Shown here: in pieces, positions 1 through 8,476 of the stretch
How the letters are laid out: each line of letters starts with the position of its first letter
Numbering within the stretch: position 1 is the stretch's first letter
Virus record (IMG/VR): IMGVR_UViG_3300021509_000003
DNA from: a virus
Length of the DNA stretch: 40,145 nucleotides
Direction: 5' to 3' (one strand)
Translations under genes and position numbers: made by a program
The notes under the pieces: model-generated
What the model saw: the letters and a program-made list of their open reading frames with translations, nothing else
The model's database searches: none
What the model was told of the DNA's origin: nothing

Positions 1-127
1 CCTGCATTGTCCACCAAAATTGAATTTTCATTTTTAAGACCTTCAGTAGCGGACACAATAGCCTCAGCCATAGACAAATGGCCTTGCCTATTGACTGCTG
101 CTGCATCTTTTAATCTATTTAACAAAG
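1..127. repeat. Terminal direct repeat, copy 1; identical to 40019-40145 (circular closure overlap)
   Basis: Bases 1-127 match 40019-40145 exactly by direct comparison. Confidence 0.95.
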
Positions 128-587
128 TGATAGCTTCTTCTATGCCATATCCACGCATCAAAAGGTTTTGTAAGGCTTTGGCTGCGTTACCTACATCTAT
201 CAAGCCATCTGCCGATAACTGAGAGGCGGCTTGAAAAGCACGGGCCACTTCAATGCCCTTAAATTTAGCAATACTGGCCAGCCCAATCATGGCCATTTTG
301 AACTCATTAGCGCTTTTAATGCTATGTCTAAAAAATTGCTGGCCACGGTAAATAATTAAAACAGACAATACGTTTTGCAATGCCACTTCTAAATCGCTGA
401 CTTGGAGTTTGAAGCTTTGAAGTTCTCTCCTTGTCCTTCTAAAATTATTATTCAAATTTCTTGTGCTTTCACCAGCCCTTTTTGTTCTTTCTCCTAGCTG
501 CCTGATGGCAGAAGATGTTGACTTGATTTTTTCTAGCGCATCTGCTACTTTAGCTCTTATAAGCAATATTAAGGAGGTATCCGCCAT
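1..587 (-). CDS. Tail tape measure protein, N-terminal part (same gene as 38512-40145; 1-127 is the duplicated overlap)
   Basis: Minus-strand frame of ORF 38512-40143 stays open through the overlap up to ATG at 585-587, which is preceded by GAGGTG (592-597) and an in-frame stop (591-593). Whole gene is 2094 nt, 697 aa. Confidence 0.7.
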   Translation of the reverse strand, partial: MADTSLILLIRAKVADALEKIKSTSSAIRQLGERTKRAGESTRNLNNNFRRTRRELQSFKLQVSDLEVALQNVLSVLIIYRGQQFFRHSIKSANEFKMAMIGLASIAKFKGIEVARAFQAASQLSADGLIDVGNAAKALQNLLMRGYGIEEAITLLNRLKDAAAVNRQGHLSMAEAIVSATEGLKNENSILVDNA

Positions 588-798
588 GTCTCACCTCAAA
601 AAGTTTTTATGGGATGTAATAAAAGGGTTTTTTGTATTTTTCTTTTTGTATTTTTTGTTTATATATTTTGGTGCTCATCATGAAGGTTTTCTCGGTCTTA
701 TTATTATTGTGTCTGGTGTTATTGCCATCATTGGAATTGCTTTAGGGCTATTCAAAGGTATTATTCGTTTCATTGCTCGTTCTGCACGAAACGATTAA
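586..798 (+). CDS. Small membrane protein, 70 aa, two predicted TM helices (holin-like or toxin-like candidate)
   Basis: AAGGAGGT at 571-578, then ATG at 586 after a 7-nt spacer; in-frame internal start of track ORF 463-798. Product MSHLKKFLWDVIKGFFVFFFLYFLFIYFG...IIIVSGVIAIIGIALGLF is strongly hydrophobic. Sits in a ~350-bp stretch with no minus-strand ORF. Confidence 0.4.
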   Translation: MSHLKKFLWDVIKGFFVFFFLYFLFIYFGAHHEGFLGLIIIVSGVIAIIGIALGLFKGIIRFIARSARND

Positions 799-951
799 AT
801 TGTTTTGCATCTGCCCAAACTGCTGCTCTAATCAGAAGTGCCAGTTCTTTATCTCTTTTTATCGCCGATTTAACCGCTTTTTTAAAATAGCTCATTCCAT
901 ACTCCCATGCGTGAATGTGTCCCCGCTCAATCAAAAAAGATATTGCATCCT

Positions 952-1266
952 CTATTTGCCCCCCATCGCCACTGCTTCCATCTGGGTAGGCAGTTGGACG
1001 AAAAAATCTTTATTTACCTCTTTAAAGGCCTCTAAAACTTTTGTGTAGTTGTTAGCGCTTTCAACAAGATCTTCTAATTTGGTTCCTTCTGGCAATTCTA
1101 TACAATTTTTCCATACTTTGATCATTGTGTCGTAATCACCGACTAAAATATTGGCCAAAAATTCTGTCTCTTCAAACCAAATCTTGGCCTGGTAAATATC
1201 TTTTGCTGAAAGTTCCTTTACTTTTATTTCTTTACCATCAATTACAATAGTTTTTTCTAGCCTCAT
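952..1266 (-). CDS. Hypothetical protein (possible tail assembly chaperone by position, immediately upstream of tape measure)
   Basis: 104-aa ORF, last late gene before the tape measure start. No recognisable motif. Confidence 0.3.
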   Translation of the reverse strand: MRLEKTIVIDGKEIKVKELSAKDIYQAKIWFEETEFLANILVGDYDTMIKVWKNCIELPEGTKLEDLVESANNYTKVLEAFKEVNKDFFVQLPTQMEAVAMGGK

Positions 1267-1284
1267 TTACTCCTCCCTGCCTGC

Positions 1285-1647
1285 CTATTGTATATTATAT
1301 TTTTTTTCATCATAAATAATTTCTTCCTCAACTTGCATTTGCTTTTCAGCTTCTGTTACTGGGATTGCCTCAAGTAAAAACTCAATATCTTTAATAAGTA
1401 ATCCTATACAAAATTCCATAGGTTGTTGTGGGCTGTCAAAACATAATGTCCATAAATTTTCTTTTTTACCGCTTTCTTCATAGGCCTTCATAATTGTTTG
1501 CAATTTTTTATAAAATATTAATTTTTCCTTTCTACCGTGTAGATAAAATGTATATCTTCCTGTGCCTTTTGTAAGAGCATATTCTTCCTCTCCTGTTTCA
1601 GTCCTTACCCGCACCCGCCAATTCTCATTTTGTGCTATAAGTCCCAT
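1285..1647 (-). CDS. Hypothetical protein
   Basis: 120-aa ORF overlapping the upstream gene by 13 nt, suggesting an operon. Confidence 0.4.
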   Translation of the reverse strand: MGLIAQNENWRVRVRTETGEEEYALTKGTGRYTFYLHGRKEKLIFYKKLQTIMKAYEESGKKENLWTLCFDSPQQPMEFCIGLLIKDIEFLLEAIPVTEAEKQMQVEEEIIYDEKKYNIQ

Positions 1648-2285
1648 TTTTTAAAATCAAGTTGTCCATTATCCAATTTTATATATGTGCAACTATCAAG
1701 CCAGTCGCCACAATCAGCTATAATTTGACCGCTCTCTATTCTCATTATGCCTGCATAATGAGTGTGCCCTATCACTATTAGATTATAAGTATGGTGTTCC
1801 GCAAACCCGAACACATTGCTGTATATCGCACCAATTGACTTATGCCATTTTTTTCTATTATATTGTTTCCAATGTGAAGGGGGTTTGAAAAACCAAGGGG
1901 CAATCTTTTTCAAAAACCGCCACGGTGCCCAGCTACAAGCAGCGTCAAATTGATATCCATGTGTAAAAAATATATTATTAATAATAAAATAAGGAGGAGT
2001 TTCACAGCTGATGCCTAACAACTTTTGAATTGTTTTGTCTAAATCTGGGTCGTGATTTCCTTTTAGCAAATAACATTTACCACTTAAAATAAGTTTCTTT
2101 AATGCTTTCAATAATAAAGGACCTGTTTTTGATTCCATTATTTCTTTTTCTGTGCAACGCACTCTGTCTATTATGTCCCCTACACCCACTATTAAATCTG
2201 CCTCATCCAAAGCATAATCCACAAAACTTAAAAATTTTTTATTTGTATAAGGAATATGAATATCTGAAAAAGCGATTATTTTCAT
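1635..2285 (-). CDS. Calcineurin-like metallophosphoesterase
   Basis: Motifs in order: FSDIH (DxH), GVGDIIDR (GDxxDR), LKGNHD (GNHD), GHTH. Confidence 0.7.
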   Translation of the reverse strand: MKIIAFSDIHIPYTNKKFLSFVDYALDEADLIVGVGDIIDRVRCTEKEIMESKTGPLLLKALKKLILSGKCYLLKGNHDPDLDKTIQKLLGISCETPPYFIINNIFFTHGYQFDAACSWAPWRFLKKIAPWFFKPPSHWKQYNRKKWHKSIGAIYSNVFGFAEHHTYNLIVIGHTHYAGIMRIESGQIIADCGDWLDSCTYIKLDNGQLDFKKWDL

Positions 2286-2665
2286 AACATCCCTATAAAT
2301 TTAACCATATAAGGAGTGACTTGCTCTATTAACTCCTTTGTTACTAATCCAGCAAATCGTTGCCACAAACCCAGTACTTCTGCCTTTTCACATTCACTCA
2401 GTTCATCAACTGTTTTCCCCCGCACAATTTGGTCAATTCGGTCAAGACACTCTAATGCCTCAACAGGAAGTTTTTTTATATCTTCTCCCAATGCTGACCT
2501 CCAATAACATACAGAAAACTCACTGTGTTCACAGAGCACTTCTGCTAATTCATCTGCTTGAATCATTAACTTATTGTAATTTTTATTAAATTTTTTAAAG
2601 TTGCTTCCAGGACCGGCACAACCTAATCCTAATAATATGCAGAGAAAAAGTATTATTCTTTTCAT
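2282..2665 (-). CDS. Small lipoprotein (lipobox LLGLGC)
   Basis: N-terminus MKRIILFLCILLGLGCAG is a signal peptide with a lipobox cysteine. Start and stop overlap neighbours by 4 nt (ATGA). Confidence 0.55.
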   Translation of the reverse strand: MKRIILFLCILLGLGCAGPGSNFKKFNKNYNKLMIQADELAEVLCEHSEFSVCYWRSALGEDIKKLPVEALECLDRIDQIVRGKTVDELSECEKAEVLGLWQRFAGLVTKELIEQVTPYMVKFIGML

Positions 2666-3675
2666 ATTACCACCTCTATTTCTAACAATTGAATAACATT
2701 AAATATTTTATTAGCGATGGTTACTTTATCGCTACCTGCAAAGAGCAATCCAATTAAAGACAAACCATTTTTAGTCTCTTTAACAACAGCACTACCGCTA
2801 TCTCCTGGAGCACTAAATTTTTGTGGTTTGTGGTCAATCAATATCTGGTCAACAAAATACGCTATATGGCCTTCTTTATCTATTTGAACTTGACATTCGT
2901 AATCAACTGCCCTCACCAATCCTTCTGTTACTCCAGTAGTGCGGCCAGATTTCATAACGGATTCGCCAAGTTTAACCGTGTCCACAGAGATAATATGCCC
3001 CAACTCAAGCAGTTCAGGATCAGCTGTATTATTACGCAATTTTGCTATTGCACAGTCAACTTTATTCTCTGGCATTTCCCCAAATACTTCTATTCCATAT
3101 TTAAAACGAAATTTACTGCCCAAGCAGTGGGCAAGAAAATTCAAAATATGTGTAACAGCTCGTGAATATGGACAATCAGCCGTTTTTATAGGAACAAATT
3201 TAAGAAGCTCTGCTACTTTATCTTCCAGCTTCCCTCCATCATAAGGACCTGGCTGTAAAATGGCATCCCCAATTTTACCTTTATTTACATTGGCAAGAAC
3301 ATGGTTATTGGAAACTAAAACTAATTCGCCTTTATGATATGCCAGAAATCCCGCTGTGCCAGCCGTTATATCCTTATGCCCAACTGAAACGCCCATTTTA
3401 AAAGGACGATATCTTTTTGTGCGGTCAATGGCTACTAATTTTTCTGCTACTTCTAAAAAAGTAATATCTCCTACCTCCATCACATCAGTAGGGATATTTT
3501 CAACTTCTCGTGGGACAACATCTTGGGGTTTGAGTTGGTCCAGAGGCAATTTTTTTCGCACAGTTATTACCAATCCTTCACCTGTAATTTGTCCTTTTCG
3601 GACGAGCAATCCTCTGCCCATTCCCAATACATTTTTCTTTTTATAAAGCGCTTTTTTTGCTTCTTTGCTTATCAT
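2662..3675 (-). CDS. Trypsin/chymotrypsin-fold (S1) serine protease with ~110-aa N-terminal extension
   Basis: Catalytic residues in canonical order: His in VSNNHVLANV, Asp in KVDCAIAKL, Ser in APGDSGSAVV. Confidence 0.6.
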   Translation of the reverse strand: MISKEAKKALYKKKNVLGMGRGLLVRKGQITGEGLVITVRKKLPLDQLKPQDVVPREVENIPTDVMEVGDITFLEVAEKLVAIDRTKRYRPFKMGVSVGHKDITAGTAGFLAYHKGELVLVSNNHVLANVNKGKIGDAILQPGPYDGGKLEDKVAELLKFVPIKTADCPYSRAVTHILNFLAHCLGSKFRFKYGIEVFGEMPENKVDCAIAKLRNNTADPELLELGHIISVDTVKLGESVMKSGRTTGVTEGLVRAVDYECQVQIDKEGHIAYFVDQILIDHKPQKFSAPGDSGSAVVKETKNGLSLIGLLFAGSDKVTIANKIFNVIQLLEIEVVI

Positions 3676-3960
3676 TTATTCTCCTACATAATACATAGTA
3701 AAATCAAACCATTTTTCATTTCTAACATACATTGTTCCTTTTAAAGCATGCTCGTTTATTTTTTCTAAGACATCTCGCACAGGCCAATATTTATAGTGCA
3801 GTTCCATATCTTTAATTTTAAAATCTGCCAAAAATAATTCGCTCCCCCAAGGAAGAAAGTTTTTCCCACTATCTCCTTCTATTTTTTTGGTCAGGATGTG
3901 TGTTTCCCCGATGTAAACTTTCCAATATCCATCAAGTATTTTATTCATTTTATTTGACAA
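3676..3960 (-). CDS. Hypothetical protein
   Basis: 94-aa ORF tightly packed in the same operon. Confidence 0.4.
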   Translation of the reverse strand: MSNKMNKILDGYWKVYIGETHILTKKIEGDSGKNFLPWGSELFLADFKIKDMELHYKYWPVRDVLEKINEHALKGTMYVRNEKWFDFTMYYVGE

Positions 3961-4465
3961 TTTCCTTTTTAATTAACTTACCACCAGCAGCTTGAATTAT
4001 GCAGATAAATATTTCGGGCGTTACCAGCCACGGTTTGATGTGACTCCATCCAAATATCTTTACCAATGGAGCAACACAGCCTTCACTGCAAAAATATTGT
4101 CCTTCTTTTTCCTTTCTCCATTTAGTAAAAAGTCCAAAAGCCGCTATATAATCAAAATATGCTCCTTTATTGGCAAGCCCCTGCATAAAATTATGTATAA
4201 AAACTTGCTGTGCTTCAGAAACTTCCAATTTCCATATTTCATATTTACTTCCTTTAGGGTAGCCTTTTAAAAATGGCCTAATAGCCCATTTTACTTTAAA
4301 AATTTTCCAAATATTTTCTGGCCAACATTCTATGGCATAATCAGGTCCTGCCTGTTCGGCAGGAATTAAATAGGCAATGTGGCTGTATTCACTTTGTGTT
4401 TGATACTCAATTACTTTTGCCAACCAATCATTACCTTTTAAAGCAATATATTTAATTTCAGCCAT
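3950..4465 (-). CDS. Permuted papain-fold cysteine peptidase/amidase (YiiX/C92-like, NlpC/P60 superfamily)
   Basis: His-containing EYSHIAYLIP precedes Cys-containing YFCSEGCV, the permuted order of this family. Contains an in-frame copy of the 16-mer cctgcctgttcggcag. Confidence 0.45.
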   Translation of the reverse strand: MAEIKYIALKGNDWLAKVIEYQTQSEYSHIAYLIPAEQAGPDYAIECWPENIWKIFKVKWAIRPFLKGYPKGSKYEIWKLEVSEAQQVFIHNFMQGLANKGAYFDYIAAFGLFTKWRKEKEGQYFCSEGCVAPLVKIFGWSHIKPWLVTPEIFICIIQAAGGKLIKKEIVK

Positions 4466-4482
4466 TTGAAACCCGCAAAATG

Positions 4483-4519
4483 CCTGCCCGACGGCAGGCG
4501 GGCCTGCCCGCAGACGGGC
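4483..4519 (-). terminator. Two tandem GC-rich hairpins immediately 3' of gene 4519-5271
   Basis: cctgcccgacggcagg (4483-4498, 6-bp stem) and gcccg-caga-cgggc (4506-4519); a short U-tract follows on the minus-strand RNA. Confidence 0.5.
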
Positions 4520-5271
4520 TATACATTATAATCTTCTACTACATAAGGCTCACTCTGCCCGGAAGGAGTAACTAATGTTCCTTCAAATTCAAGAGTGCCA
4601 AAATCATCAGCTAAAAAGTCAATTTCTGAAGAAGGTGTAAATACTGCTTTATAGACACGCACCTTGCAGTTTTTCCCATTTGCCCAATTTTTGCCGTTTA
4701 AAACAAATGCACCCTGCACTGTAGGTTTCTTTGAACCTGCCACTTTTTGATATGTTTTTGCCTCATAGCTGTAGTCCACTTTTAAAACTTGTCCTTCTGT
4801 AATATCTCCGCTAGATAGTGCTTTTATCATTCCCATGTCGTAATCTACTACATAGTCTTCATTTTCTGTATATGTAGTGTCTCCGCCTTCATTTGTTACT
4901 ATTGGTGCTGGGTCTTTCTTCACTCTGTCGTGTGCAAGGGCTACATATTTATCTAGCTTTGCATTGATAGTCTCATCAGTAACAGAACCCTCGCTAACAT
5001 CTTGAAGTGATGCCTCTCCTAAAAGTGCCATAGCTAAAGTATCTTTATCAAAATCATCCAGCGTGAAACTTATTTTTGCAGGCTGATGTAAATAAACAGT
5101 ATCAAGTGCTTGGCCATATGTATCCTTCATTTTGGAAAGACGTTCCTTTTTTTCAGTTGCTTCCTGAATAGCAAATTTAGTAGCATTGCCAATTTGCACC
5201 CAACCTGTGCTATTGCCCTCATCGTCAAATCTATCAAACCAAAGGTCTCCAGCTCCTATAAATCCAGCCAT
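4519..5271 (-). CDS. Putative major tail (tube) protein
   Basis: 250-aa acidic Thr/Gly-rich ORF with GGAGG RBS, followed by hairpins. Size and position resemble lambda gpV-type proteins; no motif-level proof. Confidence 0.35.
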   Translation of the reverse strand: MAGFIGAGDLWFDRFDDEGNSTGWVQIGNATKFAIQEATEKKERLSKMKDTYGQALDTVYLHQPAKISFTLDDFDKDTLAMALLGEASLQDVSEGSVTDETINAKLDKYVALAHDRVKKDPAPIVTNEGGDTTYTENEDYVVDYDMGMIKALSSGDITEGQVLKVDYSYEAKTYQKVAGSKKPTVQGAFVLNGKNWANGKNCKVRVYKAVFTPSSEIDFLADDFGTLEFEGTLVTPSGQSEPYVVEDYNV

Positions 5272-5321
5272 TTATTTCCCCTCCTCTTATTTAGTTTTTT
5301 ATAGTTATTTTCTGCATTCTC

Positions 5322-6335
5322 CTATGGAACATAAATCCCTCCTTGTGTCTGCTTCCAAGGCACTTTCGTGTATATCATGCTATGTGGCAAGCCTCTTAAC
5401 ATGCGGTAGACTGGACTGCGATACATATTTTCACGGATTTCATCCGATGACCACGCACGGTTTTCAATAACAAGAGCAGCAATCAGGCCCTTAAAAGGGT
5501 ATTTAACAGTATGCAAAACATTTGCACCAACGAAGAGCTGTCTTTCGCTATTATCAATAGTATGTGGACCAATATTCAAACTTGCCTCTTCCAACCCATC
5601 TAAATAAACTTTCATATATGCCCCGTCATAAATCGCTGTAACATATATCAATCTCCCTTTAGGCAAAGTATATTCAACTCTTTTATATCCATCAGGATAA
5701 CCTAACCCATCAATATATAAAGAGAAATATTTTGTTACTAAATCATAATCCCCATCACCGTAAGAAGGCCTGTATTTACATACTATGTGACCTCTATCAA
5801 CTTGAGATATTACCCACACCCCTATTGTAATTCGATTAACAACAGCTAAGCTTGTGTCATCTCCGCAATCTACATAGCCACTATCTCCATCAATCTCAAA
5901 TCCCATTACCCCAGGGGTAACCATATATGGCCTTGCACCACCATGAGGCACACCGTGATTGCCGCTTCCTGACAAGTCAACCCACCCACTAGACCTACAA
6001 TCCAGTGGGTAGCATGATAAGTCCAAAACAGATTGTTTTTTACTCACTTTTTCAACTCCTATTACACCATTATTCACAATTACCTGCCAAATATCGCCAG
6101 CGAGGTCCCGAAGATAAAATTGCGTATCTGGCTGTGCTGTGGTATCCGCTAGAACCAGACGGCCATTGTCGATAGAAAGCACCCATGTAGTTGTTCCATC
6201 TTTATCGTTTATGACTGGATTAGATTCACTTTCAGCCTCCGTGTTTTCCTCTAGTTGCAGCTTGCCATTGATAACTTTCAGTTTCCAGTATTGTTCAACT
6301 GCTGCATCTTCTAGAGGATAATATTCCTTTATCAA
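5322..6335 (-). CDS. LamG/concanavalin-A-like lectin-fold domain protein
   Basis: C-terminal FKGLIAALVIENRAWSSDEIRENMY matches the LamG signature; upstream GD/ITIGVWV beta-sandwich pattern. Confidence 0.5.
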   Translation of the reverse strand: MIKEYYPLEDAAVEQYWKLKVINGKLQLEENTEAESESNPVINDKDGTTTWVLSIDNGRLVLADTTAQPDTQFYLRDLAGDIWQVIVNNGVIGVEKVSKKQSVLDLSCYPLDCRSSGWVDLSGSGNHGVPHGGARPYMVTPGVMGFEIDGDSGYVDCGDDTSLAVVNRITIGVWVISQVDRGHIVCKYRPSYGDGDYDLVTKYFSLYIDGLGYPDGYKRVEYTLPKGRLIYVTAIYDGAYMKVYLDGLEEASLNIGPHTIDNSERQLFVGANVLHTVKYPFKGLIAALVIENRAWSSDEIRENMYRSPVYRMLRGLPHSMIYTKVPWKQTQGGIYVP

Positions 6336-7825
6336 TTATTGCTCCTTCCTATTTCCACCCATCTATCTTCGACATAAACTAAGCTTAAAGTATCGTTTTG
6401 ACCCATGACAAAATCACCTGCCAATTCACTCACCCCTGCTGTATCGCTGAAATTGCATACATTAGCAGAAACATTCACAATCGTAACAACCGTTCCGTCT
6501 ATCACATCTGCCTCCCCCATAATAATGTCACAGCCATCTGCATCATTGCAGATTAACTTCACAGAGCTGGTTGAAGGAGTAAGAGTATAAGAAGCAGGAT
6601 TAGCATCGCCTGAGTCTGTAACAGTAACTTCGTCTGGGGACGAGCCGATGACTCCATTTACCTCTATACTCCTCAATTTTCTTCTGGTTGCAAAGTGGAC
6701 TAACGCCTCCCTCAATGTCACAACTTTAATACCTCTTTCCCTTGCCCAGTCGATAGTGTTTGCAATTCTCTCTTCAGTTAAAGTAGAGAGATTAGCATGA
6801 CCATACAACAAGCCAAGCTCGTTATTTGTGGCTATGGTATCCAGAAAATTTTGAAGCTCCGAATCACTCAGTTTGTCAGTTTCAAAACTTTTTCGAGGCA
6901 GGGCATAAAGCTCGTCAGTCCCAATAGGAAAAGAAACCCTTCCATCACCACCCTTACAAGCAGCCCTGTAAAAATGCGAGACCCAAACTCTCGCCTCTGG
7001 ATTCTCGCTATTGTAAGGATAAACAAAAGCTCCTATCCTCAAATCCATCTCAGACAAAATCCTTTTGGACTCATATAGCTCCTTGTATGCATAGTCCTCA
7101 TGAATCTTCAGAACTGCACCATCCGATACTTGATACGAATTCGCAAGCCCATTTTCAATCGTAACATAATTACCGTTGTCATCTGACCCTGTCCCAGTTA
7201 CCGTTACATTTTCAGGCCCTGCGTTGTCGTCCCAGACTCTGTAGACGTATCCAACTTTGATGGGGCTAAGATACTCTATATAGAGTTTGGTATCTCCTGT
7301 GTTCGCATCTTGGGTCAAATCAGTAGAATAGAAGGCAAGATGATTTAAGCCATGGCTCGCAATTTCCCAGCCCGCATCTTGCATCTCCCGCAGCTGATGA
7401 GGTAATATTCCTGACGGGCCTTCCATTCCATTGATGTTTATTGCTGCCACTGCAGGAACACCTTTCTCCTGGTGAATAGGATAAGCTTTCGTCCAGGTAG
7501 CCCTGACAGCGTCATCATAAACGATAACAAGCATAGGTCTTACCGAAAAATTCCCCAAGTTACAACACAAATCATTTATCAGCACTGAAGAATTTGAAAG
7601 AGAAAGTCGTTTCCATTCCGACGCACTGTTGCACAAGCCATCAGCAGTATCGCAGACGTATAAAACTTTATCGTCTTCTTCGTAACATAAATCACCTGCT
7701 CTACCATCTGTAATAGATGTGCAATCTGTCGTATGTGTTCTATAACGCCAAAAATACCAAGTGGCTGCACTAATAGATGTAACTAGAAACAGGATAAGAA
7801 TCAGTAAAGATAAAATTTTTTTCAT
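6332..7825 (-). CDS. Secreted polysaccharide deacetylase (CE4/NodB-homology domain) with Cys-rich N-region and C-terminal extension
   Basis: Signal/TM segment MKKILSLLILILFLVTSISA. NodB motifs IVYDDA (DD), ASHGLNH (HxxxH), VYPYNSE (xPY). Confidence 0.6.
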   Translation of the reverse strand: MKKILSLLILILFLVTSISAATWYFWRYRTHTTDCTSITDGRAGDLCYEEDDKVLYVCDTADGLCNSASEWKRLSLSNSSVLINDLCCNLGNFSVRPMLVIVYDDAVRATWTKAYPIHQEKGVPAVAAININGMEGPSGILPHQLREMQDAGWEIASHGLNHLAFYSTDLTQDANTGDTKLYIEYLSPIKVGYVYRVWDDNAGPENVTVTGTGSDDNGNYVTIENGLANSYQVSDGAVLKIHEDYAYKELYESKRILSEMDLRIGAFVYPYNSENPEARVWVSHFYRAACKGGDGRVSFPIGTDELYALPRKSFETDKLSDSELQNFLDTIATNNELGLLYGHANLSTLTEERIANTIDWARERGIKVVTLREALVHFATRRKLRSIEVNGVIGSSPDEVTVTDSGDANPASYTLTPSTSSVKLICNDADGCDIIMGEADVIDGTVVTIVNVSANVCNFSDTAGVSELAGDFVMGQNDTLSLVYVEDRWVEIGRSNN

Positions 7826-7837
7826 TTCAAAACTCCA

Positions 7838-8476
7838 TTATTGCAAAAATATTTGCATAAAACTGTCAAAACTACCTCTTGAAAGATATAGTCTGACTTC
7901 GCCTTTCTCAGTGGTAGCAATTTTGTTGTATATTTGAACTCTCAAAGCAAGTCTTTCAGTTGCAGCAATCTCAAATCCATTTGTTAAATTTAAAAACGCT
8001 AGCCCAGAGCATTTTTGATATGTAGTTGAATTAGTAGAAAAATTAGGCGTGGCTTCTCCATTTACTTTGCTTGTAAAATTGTCTGAAGCATCCATTATTC
8101 CTAAGTTGAAAACACCTTTTGTCCAATAGACGTCCCCCTCCGTACTACCAGTTCGAACAATTCCAACGCAGCAGATACAAGGAATAATCTGAGCTGGAAC
8201 TATTATTTTTCTTGGAACAGATAAGGCTAAAACAAAGGTTTTATCTATTTTTAAAGTTTCATCAGTTTCTGTAATTTCTGCTTCCTCATAATCTAAAGCA
8301 CAACTCTCTGGATTTTCTAAGTCTGATGGATTAGGGGTAGTCTTTAAAATGTAGCTTTGCCCATCTCCAAAAGGCCACTTATCATTGACCTTTTGAAGAC
8401 AAAATATTTTAAATGGAGAATCTATTTTAAATGCTTCTCCATCAAAAACTTTTCTTAATATTTCCACAGTTATCAT
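7838..8476 (-). CDS. Hypothetical virion structural protein (neck/tail region)
   Basis: 212-aa ORF in the head-tail joining region. Confidence 0.35.
   Translation of the reverse strand: MITVEILRKVFDGEAFKIDSPFKIFCLQKVNDKWPFGDGQSYILKTTPNPSDLENPESCALDYEEAEITETDETLKIDKTFVLALSVPRKIIVPAQIIPCICCVGIVRTGSTEGDVYWTKGVFNLGIMDASDNFTSKVNGEATPNFSTNSTTYQKCSGLAFLNLTNGFEIAATERLALRVQIYNKIATTEKGEVRLYLSRGSFDSFMQIFLQ

Noticed and set aside
7-222. Plus-strand ORF 7-222 and most other plus-strand track ORFs (e.g. 773-1048, 2102-2287, 2821-3165, 11216-11569, 32683-32979)
   Set aside because: They lie antisense to well-supported minus-strand genes, have low-complexity translations from T-rich antisense sequence, and lack convincing RBS or domains.
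598-951. Expected -1 programmed frameshift tail chaperone pair (G/GT) upstream of tape measure
   Set aside because: All three minus-strand frames in this interval contain multiple stops (e.g. at 607, 659, 675, 698, 742), so no extension ORF exists.
1635-3675. Assigning the phosphoesterase/protease block to a named anti-phage defence system
   Set aside because: No ATPase, nuclease, cyclase or other hallmark partner of known systems could be recognised by eye; described only as an accessory module.
4503-4519. Palindromes as Neisseria-type DNA uptake sequences (CCGTCTGC-like core)
   Set aside because: Only partial resemblance to GCCGTCTGAA, and the AT-rich, SD-using genome does not fit that host group; left as unsupported speculation.
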